Assembly (NCBI GenBank): GCA_951406725.2
Contig: OX597833.1
Location: 6,510,001-6,574,000 of the forward strand
DNA: 64,000 nucleotides
Direction of reading: 5' to 3'
DNA from: Octopus vulgaris
Taxonomy: Eukaryota
Shown one piece after another: positions 27,820 through 39,029 of the stretch. Positions within the stretch are counted from its first letter, which is position 1; each line of letters opens with the position of its first letter. The notes beneath the pieces are model-generated. The model saw only the letters and a program-made list of their open reading frames with translations. It made no database searches and had not been told where the DNA came from. Made by a program: the position numbers and the translations under genes.

Positions 27820-28710
27820 GAACACCGTAATTAACAAATATTTACCACTGCATATACCATAGCCTCTACTACAGTATTTGCTTCACTATTACCAATGCTT
27901 TATCACACACCTCTACCACAGATTTATCACACATCTTTACCACTGCATTTACCACCGTATTACCACGCTCCATTACCAGAATACTGAACAGAATCTTTAC
28001 CATAAGACTTACCACATGCTTTAACCACACAACTCCTCAAAGTGTTTAGTACACCTCTTCACCATAGTCTTTACCGAAATATTTACCATACCCCTTTACC
28101 ACAAAATATTTTCCACAAACATCTATTCCGCAGCATCTGTCACGATATTTATCACACACCTTTGCTACGACATTTATCACACATTTTTTCCACAGTACTA
28201 GCCTCAGATTTTTACTACAGTATTTACCAAGTGTTGAGATGTTTACCACAATTTTACCATAGCATTAAAAATCATTATTTCCACATCATTTACTTCAGAG
28301 TTTTGTCATAGCATTCCATACAACAATTGCCACAGTATTTATCATAAATTTCTTCGTATTATTGACAACGATATTTACCACAACCTTAGTCCATTCGTTT
28401 CCTCATTCTTTACCGCGGTTTTACCATAGTATATATCACACTATTTACCACACAATTTACATCAGAGTAGTTTCCACAAATTCTACCCCAGTGTTTACCA
28501 CAATCTTTTCTACAGGTTTTACCAAAATATTTAACACAGTATTTCCACAGTACTTACCACAATATTCCACACGCCATTTACCACACTGCTTTCCACAGTC
28601 ATTCTTTACCACAATATTTAATGCATTACTTACAACAAAATTCACCCATGGGTTTACCATAGTATTTGCCACGGTTTTTCCTCCACAATATTTAACACAT
28701 GCACTTTAAA
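27820..28710. repeat. Degenerate minisatellite built on a ~11-12-bp TTTACCACA-like unit
   Basis: Dozens of tttaccac/tttatcac/ttttccac motifs at near-regular spacing. Confidence 0.8.
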
Positions 28711-29521
28711 ATATAATTTAAGTTAAACTTGGTATCGATATTAAATGCACGCAAGGCAGCAAGCTGGCAGTGTTACGCTGAATATCCCCGAGAACTACGT
28801 TAACGGTACACGTGTCTGTGGAGTGCTTAGCCACTTGCACGTTAATTTCACGAGCAAGCTGTTCCGTTGCTTGGATCAAATGGAACCCTGGGAGTCGGTG
28901 TAATCGACTTACCCCTACCTCGAAATTGCTGGCCTTGTACCAAAATTTGAAACCAGTATAAAACGCACCTTGTAATACTCACTTCAATGTACTCATTAAC
29001 GTGTATTTTTAAATTCCTGTATTAAACCTCAACCACATTCCACACGCCATTTACCACACTGCTTTCACAGTCATTCTTTACCACAATATTTAATGCATTA
29101 CTTTACAACAAAATTCACCCATGGGTTTACCATAGTATTTGCCACGGTTTTTCCTCCACAATATTTAACACATGCACTTTAAAATATAATTTAAGTTAAA
29201 CTTGGTATCGATATTAAATGCACGCAAGGCAGCAAGCTGGCAGTGTCCTTAGCAATCCGGACAAAATACTTCTCGGCCTTTCGTCCCTGTTTGCCTTCGG
29301 GGTTAACCTTTCGCCGAGTCGACTTTGCAGTTCATCTTTGCAGGTTCGATAAAATAAGTACCAGTTGAGCCCTGGGAGTCGGTGTAATCGACTTACCCCT
29401 ACCTCGAAATTGCTGGCCTTGTACCAAAATTTGAAACCAGTATAAAACGCACCTTCTAATACTCACTTCAATGTACTCATTAACGTGTATTTTTAAATTC
29501 CTGTATTAAAACCTCAACCAC
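28565..29521 (+). repeat. Near-identical tandem segmental duplication (28565-29036 / 29037-29521) with a swapped middle segment
   Basis: About 205 bp at the start and 150 bp at the end are near-identical between the copies; the middle segments differ. Confidence 0.85.
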
Positions 29522-30003
29522 GCTTCAACCCATTCCTTCGCCTACTCTTAAATACAGCATGGAACACACTTTAATATCGATGTTATACACTGTTTTACAG
29601 GTGCTTTACTTACTCGGTTACAAATATCTTCATACATATATTACGAGATACACTTCAACAGACGTTTTAGCGATAAATAACAGAGTTCTAGTTTTGTCAA
29701 TAATTTGCTAAAAGGTTTTCGTGAATTACATACATACATGCATGCATGTCTACTTGTGTATAAAATATACGTTTTTATACATGCATACATACATACATAC
29801 ATACATACATACATACATACATACATACATACATACCTTCGCATTCGGGGTTAACCTTTCGCCGAGTCGACTTTGCCTTTCATCGTTTCAGGGTCGATAA
29901 AATAAGCACCAGTTGAGCCCTGGGAGTCGGTGTAATCGACTTACCCCTACCTCGAAATTGCTGGCCTTGTACCAAAATTTCAAACCAGTATAAAACGCAC
30001 CTT

Positions 30004-30038
<35 letters not shown>

Positions 30039-30105
30039 TAATAATAATAATCATAACATCGAAAAAAACCTTAGGAATGAGAACCCAGGTTCGAAATTTC
30101 CCCAA

Positions 30106-30151
30106 GACACCTGATGAAGGCTGGAGGATATATCAGCCGAAACGTTGTGTT
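30106..30151 (+). ncRNA. Minimal type-I hammerhead ribozyme motif, intact core
   Basis: GACAC-CTGATGA-A-GGCTG-gaggatatat-CAGCC-GAAA-CG-TT-GTGTT. Stem I gacac/gtgtt, 5-bp stem II, palindromic minimal stem III typical of PLE hammerheads. Confidence 0.75.
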
Positions 30152-30818
30152 AACAACAAACAAGATGAGGACAAATATCCGTCAAATGTAAATAATTCCT
30201 CATCTCTTAAATATAGAACTATAATATCAGATATAATCATATCCATATATATTTATATGTATCAAGTCAGCGAGCTGGCAGAATCGTTAGCACGCCGGGC
30301 GAAATGCTTAGCGGTATTTCGTCTGCCGCTGCGTTCTGAGTTCAAATTCCGCCGAGGGCGACTTTGCCTTTCATCCTTTCGGGGTCGATTAGATAAGTAC
30401 ATACATGCATGTCTACTTGTGTATAAAATATACGTTTTTATACATGCATACATACATACATACATGCATGCATGCACTGGAAAATACGAAAACTAAAAGA
30501 AGCAGCACATATGCTAGGACACAACAACCTCTTAAGCAGAGTGAGTGCAGATACGAGTAGCGTATGGGAACCGGTATTAAGGAAGGATTGGAAAATGTTA
30601 GATTATGAGCCCTAAAATTCACTCCTTAATTGCCCACGGGCATATGGCGTAGTGGTTTGAGCCCGTCATCAGCGCACGACAATCACCGGTTTTTGATGAA
30701 AGGAATTCTCAATGCAAATATTTATATCCTTTTTCCAGTAACTTTTCGTCACTGATGATAATAATCATAACATCGAAAAAACCTTAGGAATGAGAACCCA
30801 GGTTCGAAATTTCCCCAA

Positions 30819-30864
30819 GGCACCTGATGAAGGCTGGAGGATATATCAGCCGAAATGCTCTGTT
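30819..30864 (+). ncRNA. Second, partly degenerate copy of the 30106 hammerhead
   Basis: GGCAC-CTGATGA-A-GGCTG...CAGCC-GAAA-TGCTCTGTT. Core and stem II are intact; stem III and stem I' are mutated. Confidence 0.6.
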
Positions 30865-31191
30865 AACAACAAACAAGATGAGGACAAATATCCGTCAAAT
30901 GTAAATAATGTAAATAATTCCTCATCTCTTAAATATAGGACTGGAATATCAGATATAATCATATCCATATATATTTATATGTATCAAGTCGGCGAGCTGG
31001 CAGAATCGTTATACGCCGTTCAGAAATTTATTATTATTTCATCCGTCTTTTCGTTCTGAGTTCAAATTCTGCCGAGATCGACTTTACCTTTAATCTTTTC
31101 GGGGTCGATAAAATATGTACTAGTTGATGTAATCGAGTACCCCCTCCCCAAAATATCAGGCCTTGTGCCTAGAGTATATATATATAATGTG

Positions 31192-31510
31192 AAGGCGCAT
31201 GGCTCAGTGGTTAGAGCGTCGAGCTTACGATCTTGAGGTTGTGAGTTCGAATCTTGAGCAAGACACTTTATTTCACGTTACTCCAGTTTACTCAGTTGTA
31301 GAAATGAGCTGTGGCGTCACTAGTGCCAAGCTGTATAGGCCCCTTTACCTTTCCTTTGGTAAAGGGGCCGGTACATCGGTGGTGTGGAGAAGGGAGGCCG
31401 GTATGCATGGGCGACTGCTGGTCTTCCATAAACAACCTTGCCCGGACTTGTGCCTGAGAAGGTAACTTTCTAGGTGCAATCTCACGGTCAGTCATGACTG
31501 AAAGGTGTCT
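31192..31510 (+). mobile_element. tRNA-derived SINE family C
   Basis: tggctcagtggttagagcg..gtgagttcgaatc head followed by ttgagcaagacactttatttcacg. Relatives at 7790-8008(-), 12860-13030, 38594-38890 and 62888-63160. Confidence 0.7.
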
Positions 31511-31959
31511 CAGCAGTATAATACATATGTACATACATATACATGTGTGTGTGCGCGTATACATTTGTGCGCATGTATGTATACATATCACAGTACCAAT
31601 TTCTTTATTACCCTCAAGGGGCGAAATACAGAGGGGGACAATACAGCCTGATTGAGGTACATATCACAGTACCGCCCAGACTATCGGATGCTGTTATACA
31701 CCGCTGATCACAATGGGTTTCCTTGCATTGTTTTATCCTTCAGGTAAGCCACTCCGCCGGACAGGAAGCGGACAGGTCAACCTTTGCCCTGAACAGAAGG
31801 GAACGCTGGTCCGACACAAGGTTACCTATTTACGGTTGAATAGAACAATGTGAAGTGAAGCGTTTTGCTTGAGACACAGAGAGAGAGAGAGAGAGAGACA
31901 GGCAAACAGACGAACAGAGAGTGAGACAGACAGACAGACAGACAGGCAGGCAGGCAGGC

Positions 31960-32047
<88 letters not shown>

Positions 32048-32111
32048 GAATGGATGGATGGATAGGTGGGTAGATGGATAGAGAGATAAATAGATAGGTG
32101 GGTAGATGGAT

Positions 32112-32149
<38 letters not shown>

Positions 32150-32339
32150 TGGATGTTTATGTGTGTGTGTGTGTGTGTGAGCGTGCGTGCGTGAATGTAT
32201 GTATATATGTATATCTGTGTATATATAAACAATTATACTCTATAGAAAAGCGAAATGTCTTCACGGCAATCCGAATAGGTTTGTTTTCATTACAAATCTT
32301 TGCAATTGTTTGTGTGGGTGATATGTCTGTGTGTGTCTA

Positions 32340-32385
<46 letters not shown>

Positions 32386-33549
32386 TATGTTTGAGAGGGA
32401 GAAAGAGAGAGAGAGTGTGTGTGTGTATATGCACACGTGCAAACTCGTGCCTTAGGCATATGTTGGTAAATGCGTTTACAATTATGCCAGTGCATGCGAA
32501 CAATAGCGTAGGCTGGATTGCTTTACAGAACAGTCATCACCTATATACACACACACTCATATATATACATACATAAATATATTTATATACGTGTGTATAT
32601 ATATATGTATATATACGTATGTATGCGTTTGTGTGTGTACAAAGTTACCAAAGGGTTTGACGTTTGATCTATGATTGAGTTGGACAATGTTTTTGCATCG
32701 TGTTGACTTGGCGAAACATTGCGAAGTTCGGAGGAAAATAAAGCTACATAGAAGGTGTCAGTCATTCGTTGGCATTGTGAACGGACAGACAGGGAATCTA
32801 TCGACTCAGAAATACATGGAGGGATGTATGAATAAAGAATCCGACAGAAGGACAAACAAAAGCCACAAAAGGAGAATGACATTTGAGATGAGGAGAGCCA
32901 AGTGTGAATTCCAGTACGAAGATTTCAAATTAGGAAAAAGAGTCAAGTGTCTCTTGAGAATCGGTAAGAACTGATTTGTCGTGGAGATTATTAGAATGGC
33001 AACACTAATATTGAAGATAATCACAGAACGAGTGATGATGTCTACAGAAATGGTAAGGCCAAGTGTAGAGATGACATCATCGTTCGACTGGAATTAATTA
33101 AATAAATAAAACGAAAGCAAAAATGAGAGAAACGATGTCAACAGCAAATTTTTCACGTTTCATTTTTTTTCGTTTTGAACGGAATTGCGTCATTGGCGGA
33201 CATATTGTTTTTATGATCACATGTTACCAAGTAGTTTCTTAGCCTCTATATATATACCTTGAGATTAAATCTTGCTCACACACACACACACACACACACA
33301 CATTCTTTTATTCTTTTACTTGTTTCCTCATTTGACTGCAGCCATACTGGAGCACCGCCTTAAGTTATGTATATACACATAAGGCTTCAAGCTGCCTTTC
33401 ATCCTTTCAGGGTCGATAAAATCGAATACCAGTAACCTACGGAGGTCGATGTAATCGACTAACCACCTTCCTCTAAAAATTGCTGGTTCTGTCCAAAATT
33501 AGAAACAATTCTATTCTTCTTCTTATTATTATTATTATTATCATTATTA

Positions 33550-33900
33550 ATGCGGAGAGCTGGCAGAAACGTTAGCACGCCGAGGAAACTGCTTAGCGGC
33601 ATTTAGTCTGCTTTTACATTCTGAGTTCAAATTCCGCTGAGGTCGACTTTGCGTTTCATCCTTTCGGTGTCGATAAATTAAGTACCAGTTGCGTACTGAG
33701 GTCGATCTAATCGACTTACACCCTCCCCAAAAATTTCGGGCCTTGTGCCTAGAGTAGAAAAGAATCGTTAGCACGCTAGACGAAATGCTTAGCGGTATTT
33801 CGCCCGGACCTACGTTTTGAGTTCAAATTCCGCCTTTCATCCTTTCGGGGTCGATAAATTAAGTACCAGTGAAACAGACGGGTCGATGAAATTGACTTAT
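33550..33900 (+). mobile_element. Two tandem SINE family B copies
   Basis: The gcggagagctggcagaaacgttagcacg head is followed by a second copy starting gaatcgttagcacg at ~33762. Confidence 0.8.
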
Positions 33901-33914
33901 CTCCTCCTCCATAA

Positions 33915-34650
33915 TTACTGCCCTTCTGGCTACAGGTTCCGGATAAACTCTAGGGGCACGGATGTGCTGTTAGACGGACTTGTCCGAGGTGCTCGCCCCC
34001 ATTCAGTATCCGGGCTTTACTGACTTGTGGGGTTATGTTGAACAGCTGCTGTCATCTGTGGGACGGATCCGTCTGTCGACCGAGTCTGTTGTGATGATCG
34101 CACCGCTGCCCTCCTTCAATGGAGCATAGAAAGCAGTTTTCCTTTATCTGGTGGCTGTGGCGAAAGAGGTTGTTTGGTGGACAAGGCCGAAAAGCATGAG
34201 GACAGATAAATTCCTCTTTGGTTGAGCTCTCATTGATTTCAAGTTTCATTTGAAAATGAAGTTGAGAGTGGAGAGGGAAGTGCTGTCCTCGAGGGAGTTT
34301 ACTGAAAGGTGGGTGAAAGTTGCGAAAATGGCAAGAATGGGTGGTACCTCTCTAAGTGTAGACCTGTGAGTCAGAGAGAAGGAATTGGAGAGGACACTTG
34401 CTCTTGGGGTTTCAGGGAAATCTCGGACAGTGGAGTTTTTCAATTATCTCTAAAGGACTTCCTGTATCAGGAGGGTCACATCTCTTTCATCCCCCCTGCC
34501 ACTTTTCATTTAAACCTTTCTATGCTATGTGCCTGTCCCTTTTTTCAGTCTATACCGTGTATACTTCTTTTCTTCATCATTTCATTATTATACGTAACCT
34601 CCCCCCACATTTCATGTCTGTCTCTGTATTGTCCCCCCTCATCCTCATAA
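33915..34650 (+). mobile_element. Degenerate Tx1/L1-like LINE 3' end, same family as 41005
   Basis: Translates TCPRC..DLWGYVEQLLSSVGRIRLSTES..LVAVAKEVVWWTR..FKFHLKMKLRVEREVLSSREFTERWV, collinear with ORF 41226-41783. Confidence 0.75.
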
Positions 34651-35755
34651 TAATGATTAAAGGTGGCGTGTTGGCAGAATCGTTCCTGCGCCAGAAAAAT
34701 TGCTTAGCGGCATTTTGTCGTCATCGTTGTCGCCGCTTCTGCTGTTGGTATTTTAGGTTATTGCTATTATTGTTGTTGGTGTTGTTGTCGTTTTTATTAT
34801 TATTCTTGTCAAAATTGTTGTTGTTGCAGTTTTATGTAATTTACTTTTATCTTCAATCACTGGAAAATTAAGTTTTGCAGTGTGTGTGTGTGTGTGTGGT
34901 GTGTATGTATGTGCATGCGCGCGTGTGCTTATGAACTAGTGTGTGTATACGCACGGGAGAGTACGATTTTGTGTGCACATATATGTGTATATGTGTATAT
35001 GTGTGTATACATGTGTATATGCATGTGTGTGTGTATGTGTATATGTGTGCATGTATGTGTGCGTGTTGGAAGCCTCACTAAAGTGGAAGGATATGTTGTG
35101 TTGTTTCTCCGTCGAGGATAGCCTTGTCCCGTGAAATAATAAACAACGTGGAACATTCCAGATGAATATTGATTAAATATAAAAGGAAAATGGCTGAACG
35201 CTTTCTTCGATTTTGTTTTTGTTTTTTTTTTGTGTGTTTTTGTGTGTGTATTGGGTGGGAGAGTAGATTTTTTAATGGTTTTTTTTTTAAGTTTCGTTTC
35301 GTATTGTTTTCATTTTGTTTTGCTTCGTTCCGTTTTCTCCTCTGTATCCCATTTTATGAAATGAAAATTAAATTGAAAGGTGTATTATGTTAGGGAATAT
35401 TTATGGCAAGTTGATTGATTTATCTCTGTTTTTTGTTCTCCTAAAGACCTGATGTTTGCTCTGCTTTTGTGTGTTGAGGGAAAGAGGGGGCGGGGGGAGA
35501 TAATCAGACGAATAGAGGCGTAGAGAGTGAGAGAGAGACGGACAGACAGACAGAGAGAATAGGGGGTGCAGAGGAAAGTGTAGAGATAAGGAATAAAAGC
35601 CGAAGGAAACGAAGGAAATATGACCGTTCGGAATATATTTTCCTTAATCTTTTTTCAGTAAAGTAGTTTATATTTTGTGTTTACTTAAGAAAAGGTTTTG
35701 ACTCATGGCAGGAAAAACGAGAAAAAAGCTGATAAGTTTTTAATTTATATAGAAA

Positions 35756-36140
35756 CTAGCAGTATAGCCCAGTATTGCTCGGGCTTGTTTTCTTTTCGAC
35801 CCTTGAGAATTGAAATTTTTGAAAAGTAAAACTTTTGCATTATGTAGCTTGTTATTCTCTTTAAGTGAACATTTTTCTGGTTGAAATACACCGAAAAATG
35901 GCGACACAGCAAAAAATAGGGATTTTCATAGAAAAAAAAGCACCTTTTTGATGTAAATAATTTTTGGTGTTAACATGGTCCGATTTGAATTTTTTCTTCT
36001 ACGGAAGGAAGAGCAAGCCTTCTTCTATCATACTCTCAATTTTGGTCAACTTGCGCTGCAGGGTCTCGGAGGAGATAGTGTTAGTTGAAGGCTACCAAAC
36101 CTGCCATACACAGACAACTTCAGCTTTACGTATAGAGAGA
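35756..36140 (-). mobile_element. Non-autonomous Helitron
   Basis: Minus strand starts TC(tctctatacgtaaagctgaagttgtctg) and ends with the GC hairpin agcccgagcaatactgggct followed by CTAG|T. Confidence 0.7.
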
Positions 36141-36449
36141 CTAGGCGTTACAGTCTCTCTACCAAGTTACAACAAAATAGTTTCATGATGCCTTCACTTG
36201 GTAGAAAGCTTTTGGTGAATAGTGATGATCTTGAAGAGAAAGATAAGCAGATTCTGATGTGTTATTAACAAATATCGAAACTAGGTGAGACAAGTCCCAT
36301 ACCAAACAACAACAAAAATAGATTACATGGCATCTTAGAGCGACTTGATCAATAGAAATCTTGAGGAGAAAAGACGAGCTAAGTCAAATGAGACAGTAAA
36401 TAATAGCGAAACTAGGTGTTACGGGCAGACATTAAAAATCACTGAAAGT

Positions 36450-37030
36450 TTTAAGTATGAAGGAGAATTAGAATATGGAAAGCTAAAGATGAGGAGAACA
36501 TGAGAAGGATGAGGAAGCAAATGAAATCAAAACTAAATGGTCCGATTCTAGTGAAGGATGTAAATACTTGGACAATATCCTTACTTCGATATTCTGCAAC
36601 TTTTTGCAGATTGGACAAGATCTGTATTAGCAAATCTAGACAGAAGAACTAGGAAGGAATTTAAAAGGAACGAATCGATTAGACTGACCCCCAATGATCA
36701 ACTGGTGTTTATTTTGTCGAACCTGAAAGGATGAAAGGCAAAGTCAACTTGGGCGGAGTTTGAACTCAGAACGTAAAGACAGACGAAATACTGCTAAGTG
36801 CTTTGGCCGCTGTGCTACCGATTCTGCCAGTTCACCGCCGTAATAGTAATAATAAAAGAAATGGAGGAACTTTCAAAGTACAAAGACCTGGAAATAGAGG
36901 TGAACTTGGATGTGGAACCTCAAAAATAGAAACAATTCCTATCATAGAAGGAACCATGAGGTATGATGAAAATAAATTCTCAGATAAATATACCAGGACT
37001 AACAAATAAATTTAACATACAAAAAAAAAA
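36450..37030 (+). mobile_element. R4/Dong-like (restriction-endonuclease-like, REL) LINE fragments split by a SINE B
   Basis: RRMRKQMKSKLNG..VNTWTISLLRYSA..DWTRSVLANLDRRTRK (thumb region) and KEMEELSKYKDLEIEV..MWNLK..ETIPII (REL endonuclease C-terminus). Confidence 0.7.
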
Positions 37031-37059
37031 AACCCAGCACGTGATAAAAATAAGACTAC

Positions 37060-37089
<30 letters not shown>

Positions 37090-37092
<3 letters not shown>

Positions 37093-37636
37093 GCAATACC
37101 AGGCAGTGGCTCTCGTGGCTTCTGATCTTAACTGATTGAAAGTGTTATCATGTACATTGTTTTGTCTTGGTATAAAAGATAGGCTACAGCAAATATTCTG
37201 CTCAATACCACAGATTTGCTTGTCAGTTGTTTGACCTTAACCAGTTGAGCATGTCCCTTGTGGCTGACGATATGTGCATCTCTGATCACGAGCAGAAGTA
37301 GTGGGGAGCATCATAGCCATGTGTTGAGAGGAATTCTTTGAGGTTTGAATAATTCACCTCTGGAAACATGGGTGGTTCTTTCAACATCCTTAAGCAACCC
37401 TTATTCAGGGACCTTTTGAGCGGGATGGGCTACTCAACCTGAAGAAAATTCTAACTGAGCCCCACCTGCAAGGTCATGTGCAGTTTATCTTGATATGAGA
37501 TCACCATGTCGCACACATATGGTTGTGATGCATGTGCCTAGTGTACCCTTATGAGAGGGGTAGTCATGATGGGTACACTGGGCTTCGTATATTTTACCCC
37601 ATTGTCACTCTGATGGCATGCACTGCCCTCTCACTC

Positions 37637-37637
<1 letters not shown>
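37090..37637. mobile_element. ~550-bp non-coding insertion embedded in a (TAA)n tract
   Basis: Discrete GC-richer block with (TAA)n on both sides; no ORF. Probably a non-autonomous microsatellite-targeting retroposon. Confidence 0.5.
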
Positions 37638-37670
<33 letters not shown>

Positions 37671-38122
37671 CAATAACAACAACAATAACAACAACAACAA
37701 TAACAACAACAATAACAACAACAACAATAACAACAACAGCAATAACAACAACAGCAATAACAACAACAACAATAACAACAACAATAATAACAACAACAAT
37801 AATAATAATTGTAATGAATGGCAACATGGACGAAGCAGCCTGAAAAAAAAACAACAGCAACAACAACAACAGAAACGAAGAACAGCAGTAAGAAGGAGAA
37901 GGACAACAACAACAACAACAACAACAAGAGAAATCATAAGAACAACAATAGTGACACATAAAAAGAGAACCGATATCAACAACAATGGGTTAATCGGCTA
38001 TGAATAATCCCTGCATGGATTATCCATGGCACGAAATATTGTCTTGGATTTCTTATGGAAATATTCAGCTGTCGATGACGAGCCGCCGTCAGGGCCTTGG
38101 TTGTCATAGATACTGTGATACG

Positions 38123-38236
<114 letters not shown>

Positions 38237-39029
38237 CGTGTGTGTGTATGTGTTTGAGTGTAAGTGTTTGTGTTTGCGAGTGTGTGTGAATGTGTTTGTG
38301 TGTGTGTGTGTGTATGTGTGTGTGTGTGAGTGTATGTGTTTATGTGTGTGTGAGTGTGTGTTTGTGTGAGTGTGTGTGTGTGTGTGAGTGTTTGTGTGTG
38401 GGTGTGTGTGTTTGTGCTTATATGTGTGTGTTTGTGTGTGTTTGTGTATTTGTTCGTGTGTATGTGTTCGTGTGTGTGTGTATGTGTTTGAGTGTGAGTG
38501 TTTGTGTTTGCGAGTGTGTGTGAATGTGCATGTGTGTGAGTGTATGTGTTTATGTGTGTGTTTGTGTGTTGTGTGTGTGTGTGGGGGGGGGGTGAAAGCG
38601 TGTGGCTTAGTGGTTAGGGTGTCGAACTCACGATTGTGAGATTGTGGTTTCGATTCCTAGACAGGGTCTTGCGTTGTGTTCTTGAGCAAATCACTTCCTT
38701 CTGCGTTGCTGTGCGAACATTTTGTCACCTGACATGTGGCACATCGTGTACCTGTACAGGTATCGATTAGATGAAGGGAGTGGGTTTATGTCAACACAAA
38801 CATTTGAACACTGGAAACAAATTACCCATGTGGCCGTTCAGCAATAAATTATAGAACCCACATACATCGTCTAACGACAGGAAAGTCCATCACACACACA
38901 CACACACACGTGTATATAAAATGAAGAAATAAGTGATATAGGTATCCACTTTATACAGCTCAACCGATTAGCATTCAATAAAGCTTCAGGAATATAAAAT
39001 TAAGGAGAGGAGAAAACAAATTCAAAGGC

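Larger units (their letters stand above)
30040..31010 (+). repeat. Direct repeat of a ~250-bp HHR-bearing unit (30040-30290 / 30755-31010)
   Basis: cataacatcgaaaaa..ccttaggaatgagaacccagg...atcaagtc(a/g)gcgagctggcagaatcgtta occurs twice. Confidence 0.85.

Noticed and set aside
27820-28710. CRISPR-like repeat/spacer array
   Set aside because: Units are ~11-12 bp and degenerate with no unique ~30-bp spacers, there are no cas genes, and the context is eukaryotic.
31192-31262. tRNA gene-like sequence (also ~12868 and ~38600)
   Set aside because: Has A/B boxes but no closed acceptor stem, and continues into a SINE body; these are SINE heads.
32583-33024. 99-aa ORFs on both strands
   Set aside because: No recognisable motifs or consistent splice sites; probably decayed transposon sequence.
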